Assembly (NCBI RefSeq): GCF_026571515.1
Contig: NW_026858036.1
Location: 434,001 to 498,000 of the forward strand
Origin: Ruditapes philippinarum
Taxonomy: Eukaryota
Reading direction: 5' to 3'
DNA length: 64,000 nt
Shown: piece after piece, positions 26,801 through 40,500 of the stretch
How the letters are laid out: every line of letters begins with the position of its first letter
Position numbering within the stretch: position 1 is the stretch's first letter
Made by a program: the position numbers and the translations under genes
The notes under the pieces: generated by a model
What the model was told of the DNA's origin: nothing
Databases searched by the model: none
The model's input: the letters and a program-made list of their open reading frames with translations, nothing else

Positions 26801-27871
26801 CTCAGAGCTGCTACAAAATAAATATTTCTATAACTATAGTAACCAGGTACATGATTTTAGTTTTACAAGGTCAGAGTAAAATATTCAATTATCGAATATT
26901 CTTCCTTTCCTAAGTGTTATTGTTTTTAGAGGGATACAGTAACAGATATATTGAAACAAATATTGGTAAGTTATATCACAAACATGTTTACTATTAATAG
27001 CAAAACTAAATGCAAAAATGCAAGAAAAAAAAAACCCGAATTATTTACATATATCCATAACATATATCCACATTTCTCACTGTACGCATGGTGATTTGCT
27101 AAAAAAACTAACTGTACGCAAAAGTTTACCTGGGGTTTATCCGTATCGTACCGTTTTAACACGTTTAAAAAGTATCGTACCTCTATAAGTTCAACCCGTT
27201 GATTTAGATCGGATCTATATCAATATACACGCCGAGTTACTGCAACCACCTTTTTTAAAGTCAAAACATATCAACATATAAGCGTATTTTTTCAGTATGT
27301 TGGAAATGACCAGATGTTAATATTTGGCACATATAAAGGTGGTTGCTCTTTAATAAAGAAAATGCGACAGTACCGTATTTTCTGATAATATGAACATTGT
27401 TTATTATCAAAATTGGCAAATCACGTAAACTGCAAAACATGTCTTACACAAAATAAGCATAAACCTGAATCACATCAAGACAAATATAAATGACAGTTTA
27501 ATATTCATTACTCATGTAAGCGACAGCAAACCAAAACATGATAAACAATGAATCAATGCTATGGAACAAGGTTTCGGCGTTGTGTTTGCTGCCCCCTCGC
27601 ACCAACACCTTTCATCCACAAAAGATACGCAATTGTAATGAGACCATAATATGATGGATAATGAAGAGTAAAAAAACTATGATTTACCTGCTCCTAAAGC
27701 AACGAAATTGAAAATGCCTTGAATGAAAGCGCTGATAAGTCTTGAGGTACTGAAAACGCTTATAAGTTCAGCATACATTACACTGAATCCATTAATTAAT
27801 CCAAGACTGAGAAGTGACTGAAATAAACATGCCAATGTAATGAAAAACGGTTTTCCAATGTGGAGGTCCAT
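20875..27871 (-). CDS. Divergent SLC16/MCT-like transporter, copy b; at least 5 coding exons, ~418 aa from first ATG seen
   Basis: Minus-strand exons 27871(acceptor at 27886)-27688, 24879-24736, 24388-24038, 23813-23415, 21053-20875 splice in frame (1257 nt). Motifs GFSVMYAELISVFSTSR, YYHWSGTFIILAGIALQ, FEIWFLVD, GFANLVGRIIG, GSLRDSYGEYDIAY parallel copy a. The last exon is absent from the ORF track. An upstream exon may exist but was not identified. Confidence 0.87.
21298..23284 (-). mobile_element. Older degenerate Helentron-associated non-autonomous element (HINE/pearl-like), interrupted by a younger one
   Basis: AATCCCCTT subterminal motif at both ends (~21322 and ~23252), terminal stem-loop 23251-23282, (GGAC/GACA)n microsatellite 23200-23239, decayed TGACCTTGACCTT tandem units 21820-22190. 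Sequence resumes logically across the 22199-23155 insertion. Confidence 0.65.
22199..23155 (-). mobile_element. HINE (non-autonomous Helentron/Helitron2) with internal ~156-bp tandem array
   Basis: TGTGTCGCCT at 22220 and its inverse AGGCGACACA at 23146-23155, stem-loop 23131-23155, (GACGCC/GACAAC)n microsatellite 23054-23117, CTAG-TTTT 3' end on minus strand. Unit starts at 22251, 22407, 22562, 22718, 22874 (period 155-156). A/T-run target without TSD. Confidence 0.85.
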
Positions 27872-30712
27872 CGCCTTATCTCCAAACTGTATCTAACATA
27901 AAGGTATGTTTTAAAACTATCGTTGCAGTTTTGATATTTTCATTTTCATAAATTAAGTATCATTTGCAATTAAAATATTAATTAAATTTCACTTTATTAT
28001 ATAATTAGAGTGTATGCAAATTATAAAACGAAAATACGTATGTGTTGGTATAATAATGCTGCAGCTGCTTAAAGTAAATAACAGTGATCTCAACATGTTG
28101 AAAATCCATGATTGTGACGTGCAAAATATAACCGACAAAGCTTGCACATTTTAACGCTCGTACTGCCAAATGCACGTATGTCTATAACACTCGGGACATT
28201 TTAGCATGTACCTAGGAATATCAGAAATTTGTCTTAATAATTATCTAAACCCTGGTACAAGTACGTAAGCCCTGTTGCGTCATCAAGATGTTAAATTCCC
28301 GTAAACTGGCTGCTCAGGGCTTTATTTTGGTGCCATAACTTTAACTGTTTTTATCAGGCAGTAAATAAATCTCATGTTTCCCTGTAACCCTTACACTGCC
28401 GATCTGTTTAGGGCTAAATATTAAATGTTAGTGAAGTTACTGAAATTAATTAGGTTTTTACAATACATAAGAGTAGTAAGAACTTTGTCGTCAATTGTTT
28501 TTAATTCAATACTAGTAAATGTATGAGTGAAATGCTCGAGTCATTTGTAACCCTGTCTCACAATCCCTTGAACTAGATATTCACAGTATATAAACATATC
28601 TACTTCCTGTACTCGCAAGAAAGACACAACATAAAATATATAGACTCCCAAGAAGGATACAGTGATCAGAAGTAACATGTGCTTGTACTCGCAAGACATG
28701 GTACATATATTTGATATTTGATGATTGATACTCGATCCAGGTCCTAGCAACTGGCACAGTCACAAATACGTAAAATTATAATTCAAAAATAACAAATTTC
28801 TGTGTACGTGTTTCACAACTTGTATTTTTTTTGTGATTTTTTAAAAAATATTTGATAAGCAGAGTATGAATGTTGAAAATATTACTTTACCAGCTAAGAT
28901 ATATTGGTGTGAAGAACGATTTTTTTGAGAGTGCATTTTTTGCCGATACAAATAGTATACAGTCATGTACATTCAAAATAATTTTTACTTTTTATGCCTT
29001 TCCATATTTATTTTTGTTGAAATTACATAGATTTATATTGTTGTATCTCTTTGTCATAGTAATGCTTAAATCAAAATGATTTTTAATAAACCAGTATCTT
29101 GCAATTATTTATCGAAACTACAGAATATCTTTTGGGTATTGTATATTAGCAGAGACATAGATACATTATCTATATCTCTGGTATTAGCAAGTTAGTACGA
29201 TTTAACTACCTGGTAAAATTTTCATTATTAAGAATCATCATGATCAGTTACCCAGCAATATGGTCTACTATTAAAACAAATCGTTAACTTTATTATAGTA
29301 AACATTTTATTCATTTCACCATCCTTTTTATGTAATAACTTATTCAATTACACAAAGTTTTGGCAATTTTAATATGCCGATCTTACAAGAGAAAGAATTA
29401 AGATCTTTATATCCCTCTATTAGTGTACTTAATCGTATCGGCATTGTCCACAGTATCCCCCAATGACGTCATCCAAGGGCGACAACTTGAATACGGTCTT
29501 AAATGAAATGGTCTATACTAAAACAAATAATGAAACTTGAAATTTATGAATAAGACGTGTATTCAGTGTACGTACTTTAATTAAAGGTAGTGCTTTTGTA
29601 TTTTTATTACGCTAAGGCTTGAAATACTTCCTTCAGTAGTTAATGAAAAATTATACATTATATTTATTTTTTAAGAAGAATAAACTCAGAAATTTTAATA
29701 AGTTAAATCTTTAAGAACTATTGAACGGTAAAAATAACGAACATAGAAACGCTTATAAATTCTAAAAAAAATAATGAAAAGAATCAATCAATAATCCTGT
29801 CAACATGCTTAAATTCATAGATGAAAATTGTAGCAAAACTATGTTTTTATAACATACACATATTAGGCATGTAACCAATTATTAAACATAGCAAATATTA
29901 AAAAAGCAAAAACTTTCTTCGATTTCGATTAATTTTATTGCAGCTCTGGCAGAAGAATTATTTAAGTTATATATGATTCGTGATTTTGTGTTCTGTTTTG
30001 TTTTCTTTAGGAGACAATAGTCATGTTTGTAAACAAAGCACTATTTTTTAACTAAACTATTTTTCAAAATGACTGGAATGGAAGGGGCGCCACATGTGCC
30101 GTTCTCGTCTTTCAATTAACATGACACATCGGTATATTAAACACTCTAATGATACTTGAAGTGGTCAATACACTAATTGAGATCATGTTGTGATCTATTT
30201 CTTATACGTCCAGTAGATCAAATAGTTTAAGAACTTTTTATCCTGAATAAGTCTTACATCAGCAACAATATAATTTATGCTACATGTAAAATGTATGACC
30301 AACAAACATAAATGTTTATCTGTTTGGCACTGACCGAACAGTCAAAAATATGAACTTGCAATGGTTAGATTACAATTGAACAATAGTATTTACATTATAT
30401 TTAGTAAATTCAGGAAGGATTTGCTATCATTTCTAACACAGTATATACAATATTAGAAATAGAATTTGCTACAGTTCATGTTTGCTTTCTATAACGTATA
30501 AAAATTTAGTTCATGATTATTATGGAGTTATCAATAAAATACAAATGCATATCATCTATCATCAATTTTATACGTTACACTATAACTGTCATAAAAATTT
30601 ATATAAACTTCAGACTCCTAATAAAGGTGAAGTACACATATTTTAAATATAGGCCATAAAAATATTTTATTTTTTATATCATTTCCGGGATCCTCATTAA
30701 GCGATCACCACC

Positions 30713-31698
30713 GGTCGGTCGATTTACCCCAAGACACCCCCAGACTACGCCAAGACACCCCAAGACTACGTCAAGACACCCCAAGACAACGTCGAGACAT
30801 CCCCAAGACTTCGCCAAGACTATGTCAAGACACCCCAAGACTACATCGAGACACCCCCAGACTACCCCATGACTACGCCAAGACACTCCAAGACTATGTC
30901 AAGACACCCCAAGACTACGTCAAGACACCCAAAAGACAACGTCGAGACACACAAAGACAACGTCGAGACATCCAAAGACAAAGTCGAGACACTCCAAGAC
31001 TATGTCAAGACACCCCAAGACTACGTCAAGACACCCCAAGACTACGTCAAGACACCCAAAGACAACGTCGAGACACACAAAGACACTTTTACTGACATGT
31101 AAATATGTCTCAATTTTACCTTTTTTGTCACATAAAATCTCTCTTCATTTATTTCACTGTATTTTTAATGTAAGATTATAAATATATTCTTTTTTTTGTG
31201 CAAAATAGTTTACAACAATGAAATAATGCCAATGTTGCGGGATTTGGGTGAAGTGCAACTCAGCAAGTTAAATTCTGCGATAATGTCATTTTATGAGTGA
31301 CACAATGTTGATGCCTGATTATTAAATCGATCATATTTTGTTTCATAATATTGATTTTTTTTATTTCATCTGACCCACTTTTTATTAGATTAACAGATTA
31401 AAATAGTCTTGTTGTTTCAGTAAAGTTAGTTTTAATTTACATATTTCTTTTTCTATATTAAAGAGCATATCAATAAATATTTTAGTGATGAAAGAAGTCC
31501 ATACATAATTAACAATATTTGATATATAAGACAGTAATTAACAAGATGACACATAAGTAATCAGTTGTCGTATATAATAACACTTTCCCAATATACACAA
31601 TATATAAGTTTAACAAAAATGTGCATCTTTCTGTCCCAGAGTAGTCTTGGGGTGTCTTGGGGGTATCTTGGGGTGTCTTGGGGTAAATAGACCGACCC
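30713..31698. mobile_element. Non-autonomous TIR (foldback/Mutator-like) element with modular repeat arms and 8-9 bp TSD
   Basis: ATCACCACC duplicated at 30704-30712 and 31699-31707. TIR GGTCGGTC(G/T)ATTTACCCCAAGACACCCC at both ends. Left arm holds ~17 copies of 21-bp CAAGACACCCCAAGACTACGT (30728-31086). Confidence 0.85.
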
Positions 31699-31709
31699 AT
31701 CACCACCGC

Positions 31710-31749
<40 letters not shown>

Positions 31750-31803
31750 TAATAATAAATATAATAATAATAATAATAAAAATAATATTAAAAAATAATA
31801 ATA
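31710..31803. repeat. (AAT)n microsatellite
   Basis: Imperfect AAT run directly after the right TSD of the foldback element. Confidence 0.95.
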
Positions 31804-34299
31804 TAAATGTTACATACTTAACATCCGTAGAAGGTAGAAGGAATATCCGTAATATCTTCATGATGGAGTTGGTGAACCATCACGCAGTCTTTTTAAATTT
31901 ATTGATTTTTCATCTTCCTTATCTCCACCAATCACAGGGAGGGTACTGTGTCGCCTGACTAATTAGTTATCGGCGCGGCACAGACATACACAGAAAAGAT
32001 AATGAGATAAGCAATGCGTCTCCGCTTCCATCTTATCAGTGTCGAATCAACGGGGGATGACTTGGACGACGAAAGGCATAGATATTAAAGTAGGTTATGT
32101 TGGGTAGCTGAACTGAATTAAACGCCTGGTTCTTACATTATAATGCTTATTTAATTCCAGTTTACTTAACTAAGATGTTAAGAAAGAATCAGTTACTTCA
32201 AATATCAATGTCAGTTAGTACAATCACAGATTTATATTACATCCGTGTAATATAAATCCTTGATACAATTTATAAAATGAACGTTTACATGTATATGCTA
32301 AAATACTTATGCATTGTGGCAACATACGTCGCCCCTGTTTGAAAAAATACCGCTTTGTTGACAAAATCAGAAAATCACCGGAAGAAAGAAGAAAACTAAA
32401 TGTATATATAAATATATCGCTAAATATTGTTAAAATTTTTTTTCGAGATCAACATGTTTATTAAATACAATTAAATCTCGTGTAGAACTATTTAATACGT
32501 ATTTATTTAAATTTTATTAAAAAATCGTATAGACCCCTAATGTTTAAATCCAGATAAAAGTTGTGAAAGTGTGACTGCCCGCGGCGATTACATGTCAATT
32601 TGTCGCCAATTTGCCTTCCACATGCTGGGAGATTTACTCGCCGTTCGGAAAGGGATTTGAAATTTGAACACATCAGATTACCAAAGCCTAAAAATGAAGT
32701 TTTGTCTGCAGTAACATATTAGTCAATATGCGTAGCAAAATTATTTTATCATGTCTCGGGTAAAATTTTCCTCGTAATAAGACGAACAGTTTTCTTATTC
32801 CGCAATCCTGCTCCACTGTTTGTTTCTTACAAATAAGAAGATAAAAAGTTCGTCATTAGTCTTGACAAATAGAATACTTAAAGATGTATGTGTGTGTTCG
32901 TAAGCGAAGTTGTCGTGTTTCGGTAAGTGAATTTGAAATCTAACACTAACATCTACGCAGTCAAGAGGCTATTATATTTATATCTATACTTGATTAATAT
33001 GCCAAGATATATTCAAATTATAATTCAATTATATGATATATGCATGAGTAAATTTACAGGACCCTGAACTTTTTTTTCAATTTTATGGTTTAGTTTTTTT
33101 ACAAAATTTAAAACGAGTTAGTTCTTGTGTAAAATAGACACTACAAAATGTAATGAGATCAAAACGCTTTGCAAACTGTTCTGCGGGAGAAATTATGGTT
33201 AAACAGAACTTAGATATCTAAGCAATTAAGTACTGTTTTGTACATCCTATTTTAGAACTTTACATTTTATCTTAATATGGCAAGAACTAAACTATCTTAT
33301 ACACTTTTGTTATAACTATCGTTAAAGATATTTTAGAATTGCAATAACATTCCTTTACATATAATTTAAAATGACCAATGCGATTCCGATATTTCTATTT
33401 ATAATTTAATAAATATGACAAATGGAAAATTGTTTTTATTCAGTTCTTCCCTTTACGTATTACAGGAAGTCAAACCTGTTTTAGATGGTCTTCGGCCAAA
33501 TAGCTAAGTAGCAACATAATTACACTCCAGTAAAGATAGTGGTGGGATGGCTGTTAAAGGCAGCCTCCATTAGTCAAGTGTATCCTATGTAAAATGTCCA
33601 TTAGCAAAGAAACCAACAACAGTGACTTACAATTTTCATGTTATTTTGTTGGATTAATGCTTCAGAGGGATCACATTTTATACAGATTGTTTTACTAAGT
33701 AGGCGTATAGGATTTATAAAAAATATGCAACAGAACAATTAAATTTACCCCAGCTTGTATTAATAGTGATTCAACAGAACATTTCTTTAGCCAGCAAAGA
33801 ACATTGTGAAGTGGGTCCAATAACAATCCAACTGTTCATTGGTACAAATATGGCATTAATGCAACCTATTTGGTCAAAAGACAATTTCATAGAAAAGTTA
33901 TGCCTACAGCAAGAGAAAGTCAGTGCAACTTCGGTCTATAATAATATTTGCATTTGCTCATTTCTGAGTAGACAAATGTAGCACGTCATATTTTGTTAAT
34001 AAGGATTAATTCCATGAAATGACGCCCACTTGTTTTCTGAAATTTATTTCTGTAATAAGTGTACAATTCATTTCATAATGAAAAATGAACTAGAAATATT
34101 ATTTACATAATTTAACCTCTTCTTGCATTTTGTGTACGCTTAATGTTTTGCAATGTTTCATCATGAATGTTATTTAATGACCAATCCACAATCTTTTGTT
34201 TAATATCGTCACCTTTTCACTTGCTTTTATAACATAAATTGCGCACAACTATTTGAAGTTATCTGTTTTGCAATCACAATGTTCATTATAATGATTCAT

Positions 34300-35450
34300 C
34301 AATTTTGCTACATACATTCCTGACTTTTGCTTTACCGCAGAATAATTTCAGCACTAAAACATGTTACAGCTTCGGAATTTATACCTTATGTGACTCGAGA
34401 ATTATCACTACATCTATAGGGTATCTCTGCCTTTTAAAGTCTGCGCTTATAATTGATATTTTGATGAGACAACATAATTTTGCTCAATAGAGATGTTACA
34501 ACCAACAAATAATGCAAACATATCCATTCACTATTCAATATCATGTCAGATGCAAAACCCTTTATCCATTTAAACTAAACTTTACAAAAATAGGTCCATG
34601 GTATTTCATACTTTCCTGGTAGCAGGTACTGCCTTAAAACAGGACGTTTTAAGACAATTTAACACCCTGTAACGTTACACTTATATAATCTGGCATTTCT
34701 TCTTGAGATTGTATTACCTCCACACCATGGTATTATTGCATAGAATTCCTGAGCTGCATTATCTATATCAGCTTTATTTATACACTTAAAAATAATCATT
34801 GCGGTGCTGGAACTCTTCTCAGGTACTTTTGACCCCTCTGTTTTTATTACTATGTAAATTCTAACCTGAGTTTAAGTTGTACAAGTCTTGAATAAACTGT
34901 TTGTTCTTTTCTAAACAATGATTATCCAAAGCTGCTGGATCATAGTTTCTTAGTTTCGTGGAAACAAATGCTAAACATTCTGCACTCATTTTTCAAGGGG
35001 TCATTGCAGGATGTTACAGAAAGTGACACACACGAAATGTTGTTTCTTGAGCATATTTTACAAAAAAGTCTTCATTTTTGCGAATCTATATTTTATGTAC
35101 TTTTTTGTGAGTATTTTATTTTTGAATATAAAGCAAAACCGTCCATTATTATCATATTAAAGAGGACTTGACGCTAGTGGTAAGTGATAAAACTCTATAT
35201 AACTTGAATACCTCCAAATATATTGCAACTATTGTGAAGAATTCTACATAACAGCTCTAACTATTCAAACTCCCTCTCGAATAGCATAGACATTTCATCT
35301 CAAGTCAATGTTTCAAGACTTGCTACAGTGTCATGAGCTTTGTCGAAATTGTCATCATATTTGGCAAAGTCAGTAGATCATATTTACTATTTTTATGTTG
35401 AGAATTATATTTTATGTGGTCTGGAAGAATTATTTGGCTGTTATAAATAT
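34300..35450 (-). mobile_element. Highly decayed non-LTR reverse transcriptase remnant
   Basis: Minus strand reads NFDKAHDTV (~35350-35325; cf. DFxKAFDxV) and SG*NLHSNK (~34870; cf. SGLxxNxxK). No continuous frame; boundaries approximate. Confidence 0.35.
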
Positions 35451-36126
35451 ACTTAAAACAAGAGACGCAAATTTATCTGAGTATTTCATCAAGTGTACAT
35501 ATAACAGCATTATACATGTAGGATAATTAACCGTCCACGCCCCCTAGCGCCGGCTTAAGCTGATTTCAACATCCAAACATGAAAATGGTGACTTTTTGAA
35601 TTTAAAACATCTGCAGATGTGTTCATACAGCGGTTATCATGGAACATTCAATGTGACACGTTAGTGCCATTCCATGACATTTGGCGTATGGTCCCAAAAT
35701 TTAAAAAAAATGCGTGTGCTCTAAACAGAAAACAATGGGCAAAACTAAATAAAATTGAATTTTTGTAAGAGAACCTGAGGTTTGAAGACTGCATATTACA
35801 AACAAGACATTAAAATATAAATTCAAAAAGCAGGCAAAATATCCTAAGTTAACGGTGATTATACAATATCCAAGTAGGAATACATGTTTGTATCGTCTCT
35901 TTTTATTGCATAATCATATGTTTTTAATATATAAGTTATAAACATAGTTGCTATCAAATAATTATGTTATTTCGTTGTTTTTTCTCAAAATAAAAGAAGT
36001 TTTGCTGTATCAAATTTTTTATAAAGATTAAGACAGGCTATTATGGCCCATAAAATTTGTTATTTTGCAATATTACTTAGACTGCTACTCCAGTTATTGC
36101 ACTTGTACAGAAACCATTCATATTAC

Positions 36127-36407
36127 AAGTTAAAAATATTTTGACATGTTATATGGCCTTGTATGTTTGCTTTTATATCCCGAGTCTGCAAGGTGATGTA
36201 TATATTGCACACAACCTTTTATATACGGCCATATAACCTGTCAAGAATCTGTATCAAGAATTCATTCCTTTATTACAGAACAAAATAATTGACTGTATTA
36301 ATTGACAACAGTTATAAATATATATGATATTAACTTCATAGTTATCCTATAATAAACATGCAGTATTATAAAGGTCCAAATAACTTGTCAAAAATCTTTG
36401 TAACTTA
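36127..36407. mobile_element. MITE-like inverted-repeat element
   Basis: AAGTTAAAAATATTTTGACATGTTATATGGCC vs GGTCCAAATAACTTGTCAAAAATCTTTGTAACTT; a third partial copy at 36225-36250. Confidence 0.5.
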
Positions 36408-36859
36408 TTAAATCCTTGCGTATATAAAGCTAGCATGGAAAAAAACAACACGTTTTAAACCCCTGTCACTCTATGGGTGGGGGCGTTCTCACGGCGTCAA
36501 AGGAAAATTAAGAATGCCGAGGTTAGCGCAGATAGATCGCAAACATCGCCGCAGCATGGCATAGCTTATACCGTTTAAACGCTGGTTTGTGATAATCCGT
36601 TTGAATGGATTCCTTTTTTCTGCACACCATGCCAATCTTTAGAGTTCATATTGCACGCTTTGCAAACAAATCTTTTTCATTCATAACAATCATTATTCGT
36701 CGGTAATTTTTACATAAATCTTATGTTTTTTTATTCGAAACTATTCCTAACAATCGACACGAGCATCAGTCGGGATTTCAGGGAAAGGCGATTTCATTCT
36801 TCCGTTGTGACGTTTTCCAGATCAGTTTATATCTCATAGTTGCTTAATTAAGTGTTTAT

Positions 36860-37515
36860 TCACTACCTTAACCTTTCCCTTATAAAAAGCGTTTTTCGAC
36901 GGCCTTTTTGCCCCACCCCCCTTTTCTGCAGGCCTCAAACAGTGAAAAAATGCCCTATTTAGGCCCCAAACACTGTTTTTCGTTTAGAAATGTTGTTAAA
37001 AAAGTGACAACTTTTTCGGCACCGCCCCAATTCAAATGTTACATCAGGGGTTGCCAGATAAGGGGGATGTGCTCCCTTTTGTTAGGGGGGTTTGAAGGGG
37101 GCGGCAGTTGCCCTCATCGCAATAAGAAAAATTGCGGGACAAGTGACAGGCTAAAAATGACCTCAGGTCGATCTTAGGGTAACTAGTAACCGACGCTGAA
37201 AAGCCTTTTACTCTATCTCAATTCATTGAGAAGTTGCAGCACTTTGAAATCAGTTTTGATGGAAAAAACAATGCAAAATAGTGATTTTTTGGCAATTTTG
37301 AGACGTCCCCCCTTTGCCATGCAAACAGGAAATTTACGATTGAGCATGCTGTTACAGAGCGGTCTGGATAACATTTGTGCCTAGTTTCATCAGTATTGAA
37401 GCATTTTTCATAGTTTCATAGCAGTTTGAACTTGTTACAGGAGGCTTTTCAATGAAAACGGCCATTTTTTGCAATATGCTCAAGGGGTAAAAGGTTAAAG
37501 AGGTAGGGAGTGACG
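36860..37515. repeat. GC-richer island, probable DNA-transposon remnant
   Basis: Composition shift with loose inverted ends CTACCTTAACCTTTCCCTT / AAGGGGTAAAAGGTTAAAGAGGTAG; no coding similarity recognised. Confidence 0.35.
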
Positions 37516-40500
37516 TGAAGACGGGATATGACCGATGTGCCATTGAAGATGCTCACAAAATTAATGTCAAGTAGAGAAAGTCTTCAAGAAGACATTTCAA
37601 TAGGACGTGCGCACCATGCTTAATGCAACGGTTGAATCAAAAGCAAAAGGCATATCGATGGGTTGCATTTAAAATCTAATGTCCGTCAAAAGAACAGCGA
37701 GGACATCGAAGCGACAAACCAAGCCTTATCTAGCCGTATTGACGTGATTATACTGTTACCCGCCGCTCAATCTGTGTATCATCTGAACTACAGAAAATGT
37801 ATTTCTAAGTAAAACACCAACCAGATCATAATTGAAATTACGTATTGGCATTAAAATTCTTATTATAAAGCTGTTTGAGTTCCGCCTATTGTTTGCAGTT
37901 TAGGGCACATGCCTTCTTTTCATTGGAGACAATACGCCGCTTTTATGAAAATCAAAGTGTCACATTGAAGGTTCCATAATAGCCGCCATATCAACACATC
38001 TGCGGATGTGTAAAAAATATAAAAAAAATCGTTCTAATGGTTATTTTTTAATTCTGCTTCAGCCGGTGTTAGGGGTGATAAGATAGTTTGCACTTGACTG
38101 TACCGTCCATGAACAGACTCAGTGCAAGTGAACCTGCATTGCCTGTTTTTGGAATTTTTTTAGGGATTATTTAATCTACTTTCACACAAACCACTCGCAC
38201 GTTTAATTTTTCCAATTATGATACCTTTACCACTTGATTTAAGATTGATTCATCATTTGTGAATATATTAACCAAAAGAAGTAAAAGGAAACAATCCTAA
38301 AATGAGTCACAATTTACATCAAATCAGCCTGTTTAAAGATGGTTAACTCTACACCACATGACTAAATTGATATATACAAATATGAAACTGTCAAGCAATA
38401 ACTGATAAAGATAATTTAAACATAAATTTTTATTCAGTCATATGTTTATCAAATTATATGTTATTATTGTGGTTAAATGTAAACACGGTGTTAAAATGAC
38501 TACCATATTAAAAACCGAATCAAGGAAATTAAATATTTTGATTGCAAAAGACGTAAAGATATCTCAGCTGTTATTTAGTCAATGTTTATCTATCTGGGAC
38601 CTGTAACAGGAAGCGAAAAATATTTTTTTTAAAGTTTTATCCGTATCAAGTGCGTCTTATTTTTTTGTAGAGTAGACAAGTGTACATCGGTCAATTTTGT
38701 ATTGATTATTAAGATTAAATATAAGATACTTATCTGCTTTTATTAAATTCACAAGAGTATTTTATTATAAGAGTGAATATCACATTTATTCAGATCAAAT
38801 CTGGCTTTGGTGATGGAAATACCGACAAAGAGAATGATATAAAGTAAGTTAATAGTATTGATATATATAAGATAATGTTATGATTAAAACAATGTTTTTT
38901 TTCACTTTTCTTTCTTTTCTGTATAAAGAGAACACGTGATTTTCAATTTCATTATCATTTTTTATTTATTTCTAATATAATATGATTTTAATAGTTTTAT
39001 TTTGATTTCATTTTTCATCCTTTGTTATATATATCGTTCGTGTTGTAAAAATGTAAAAATATAACCTAAGTCACTCCGAAATTTGTAAGCACAACTACAA
39101 ATCGTCAGAATTTGAATAACAAGAGTATCATTCATGTAACATGTATGTTTAATAGTTGTTACAGTGTTGTACCGTAGGCTATGGATGGAGCAGAGCAATG
39201 AATATATAGTATGGCTGAGGAATCTTCTTATTAGTATAAAATAACTATGAATCCTTACTGTGGAAGAATATACATGAACCCTTGTATTTATAACTCGACA
39301 CAAATGTTTATGATTTAAATGCTCTACATAAGTGGAATAATTTTATAGTTTAAAGATACTGTATACTATGCTTATTTTTGAGAAAAAATCTTTATCACAG
39401 AAATTCATTGAAATCCATAAATTGTTTACTGACTTTGTGTATTTTGAACACAAGAATGAAAATGAATAAACTATGTATGGGAAGCGATCCCTTTTACAGG
39501 TCAAGTAAAATTGATATTTTCTTGAAAATAGAACTTGTGGTATTTTGTTTTAGACTGTGAACGTAGTTAAGATAAAGTAAAAACAATTGAATAGATATCT
39601 AAGGGCCAATAAGTTCAATATACTTTTTCTTTAGGATACTCATTTGGCAGGTAAATAAACAGAATATGTAAAAAGTCAATGGGAATACAAATGTCATTGA
39701 AGCAATCTTAAGTCAGTCGACCACAATGCTATTTTTTTACCTTGAATTTATTTCTGAAGAATCAGAAACTGGATGCATTTTTTATTATAAGTTGTACAAT
39801 CAGTACACTCAAAACAAGATTTGTTTTTAAGCTTGTCAGAATTATTCTAAGAAGACGCCAAAATGACGTCATTTTAAACTGATAGGTGTGGAATTTGAAG
39901 ACTGACTAATCGTTCACAATATAATCCAGTCTGACAGGTAAGTTTGAATTGTTGAAATAATGATAAAATAATTCTGGAATGATAAGGTGAATCATTTTAT
40001 CCTAATTATTTCTTTAAAAATATCTGTATACCTATGCGACAATAGAATGCGTAATAAAAAAAGCCTTATACGAAAATTGACTGCGGAAAAATCTCCGCTC
40101 GAAAACAAAAATGCGTTAGTGATCCCCCTAATTTTGATTGTCCAGTAAGAATCGATAAAACATTGGTCGTTTTGATGCGAATATTAAACATTCAGGCCTA
40201 CGGACTTCGTGGTCAATATCCACGCATAAAAACTCCAAACCGGTGTTCAATAGAATATAAACACAGCTAAGACTGAATTTATCACAGAAATTTACAACAA
40301 ATATTATACAAATTTAATGTTATTCCTCAAAAGGTATTTTATTAAAGATATGTTATACAGAACTTTAAATGTTTTTAACCTTGCAATGATTTTGTGTTCA
40401 TTGTTGAATGATATACGTTTTAACTTACTATTTCCTTACAGAACCATTTGTTTCACTTGAAAACATATGTGTTGTATATAACGAGACAACATTCTCTTGA

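Noticed and set aside
29395-29475. Candidate first coding exon of SLC16b (MTSLGDTVDNADTI)
   Set aside because: No convincing phase-0 donor before an in-frame stop, so it cannot be joined to the 27886 exon; may be UTR.
30674-31102. Repetitive ORFs (GCLDVVL)n and (TPQDYVK)n
   Set aside because: Translations of the 21-bp repeat arm of the foldback element; not genes.
32620-32775. NF-kB-like sites (also GGGGACATTC near 40668)
   Set aside because: Degenerate short matches expected by chance; no positional evidence.
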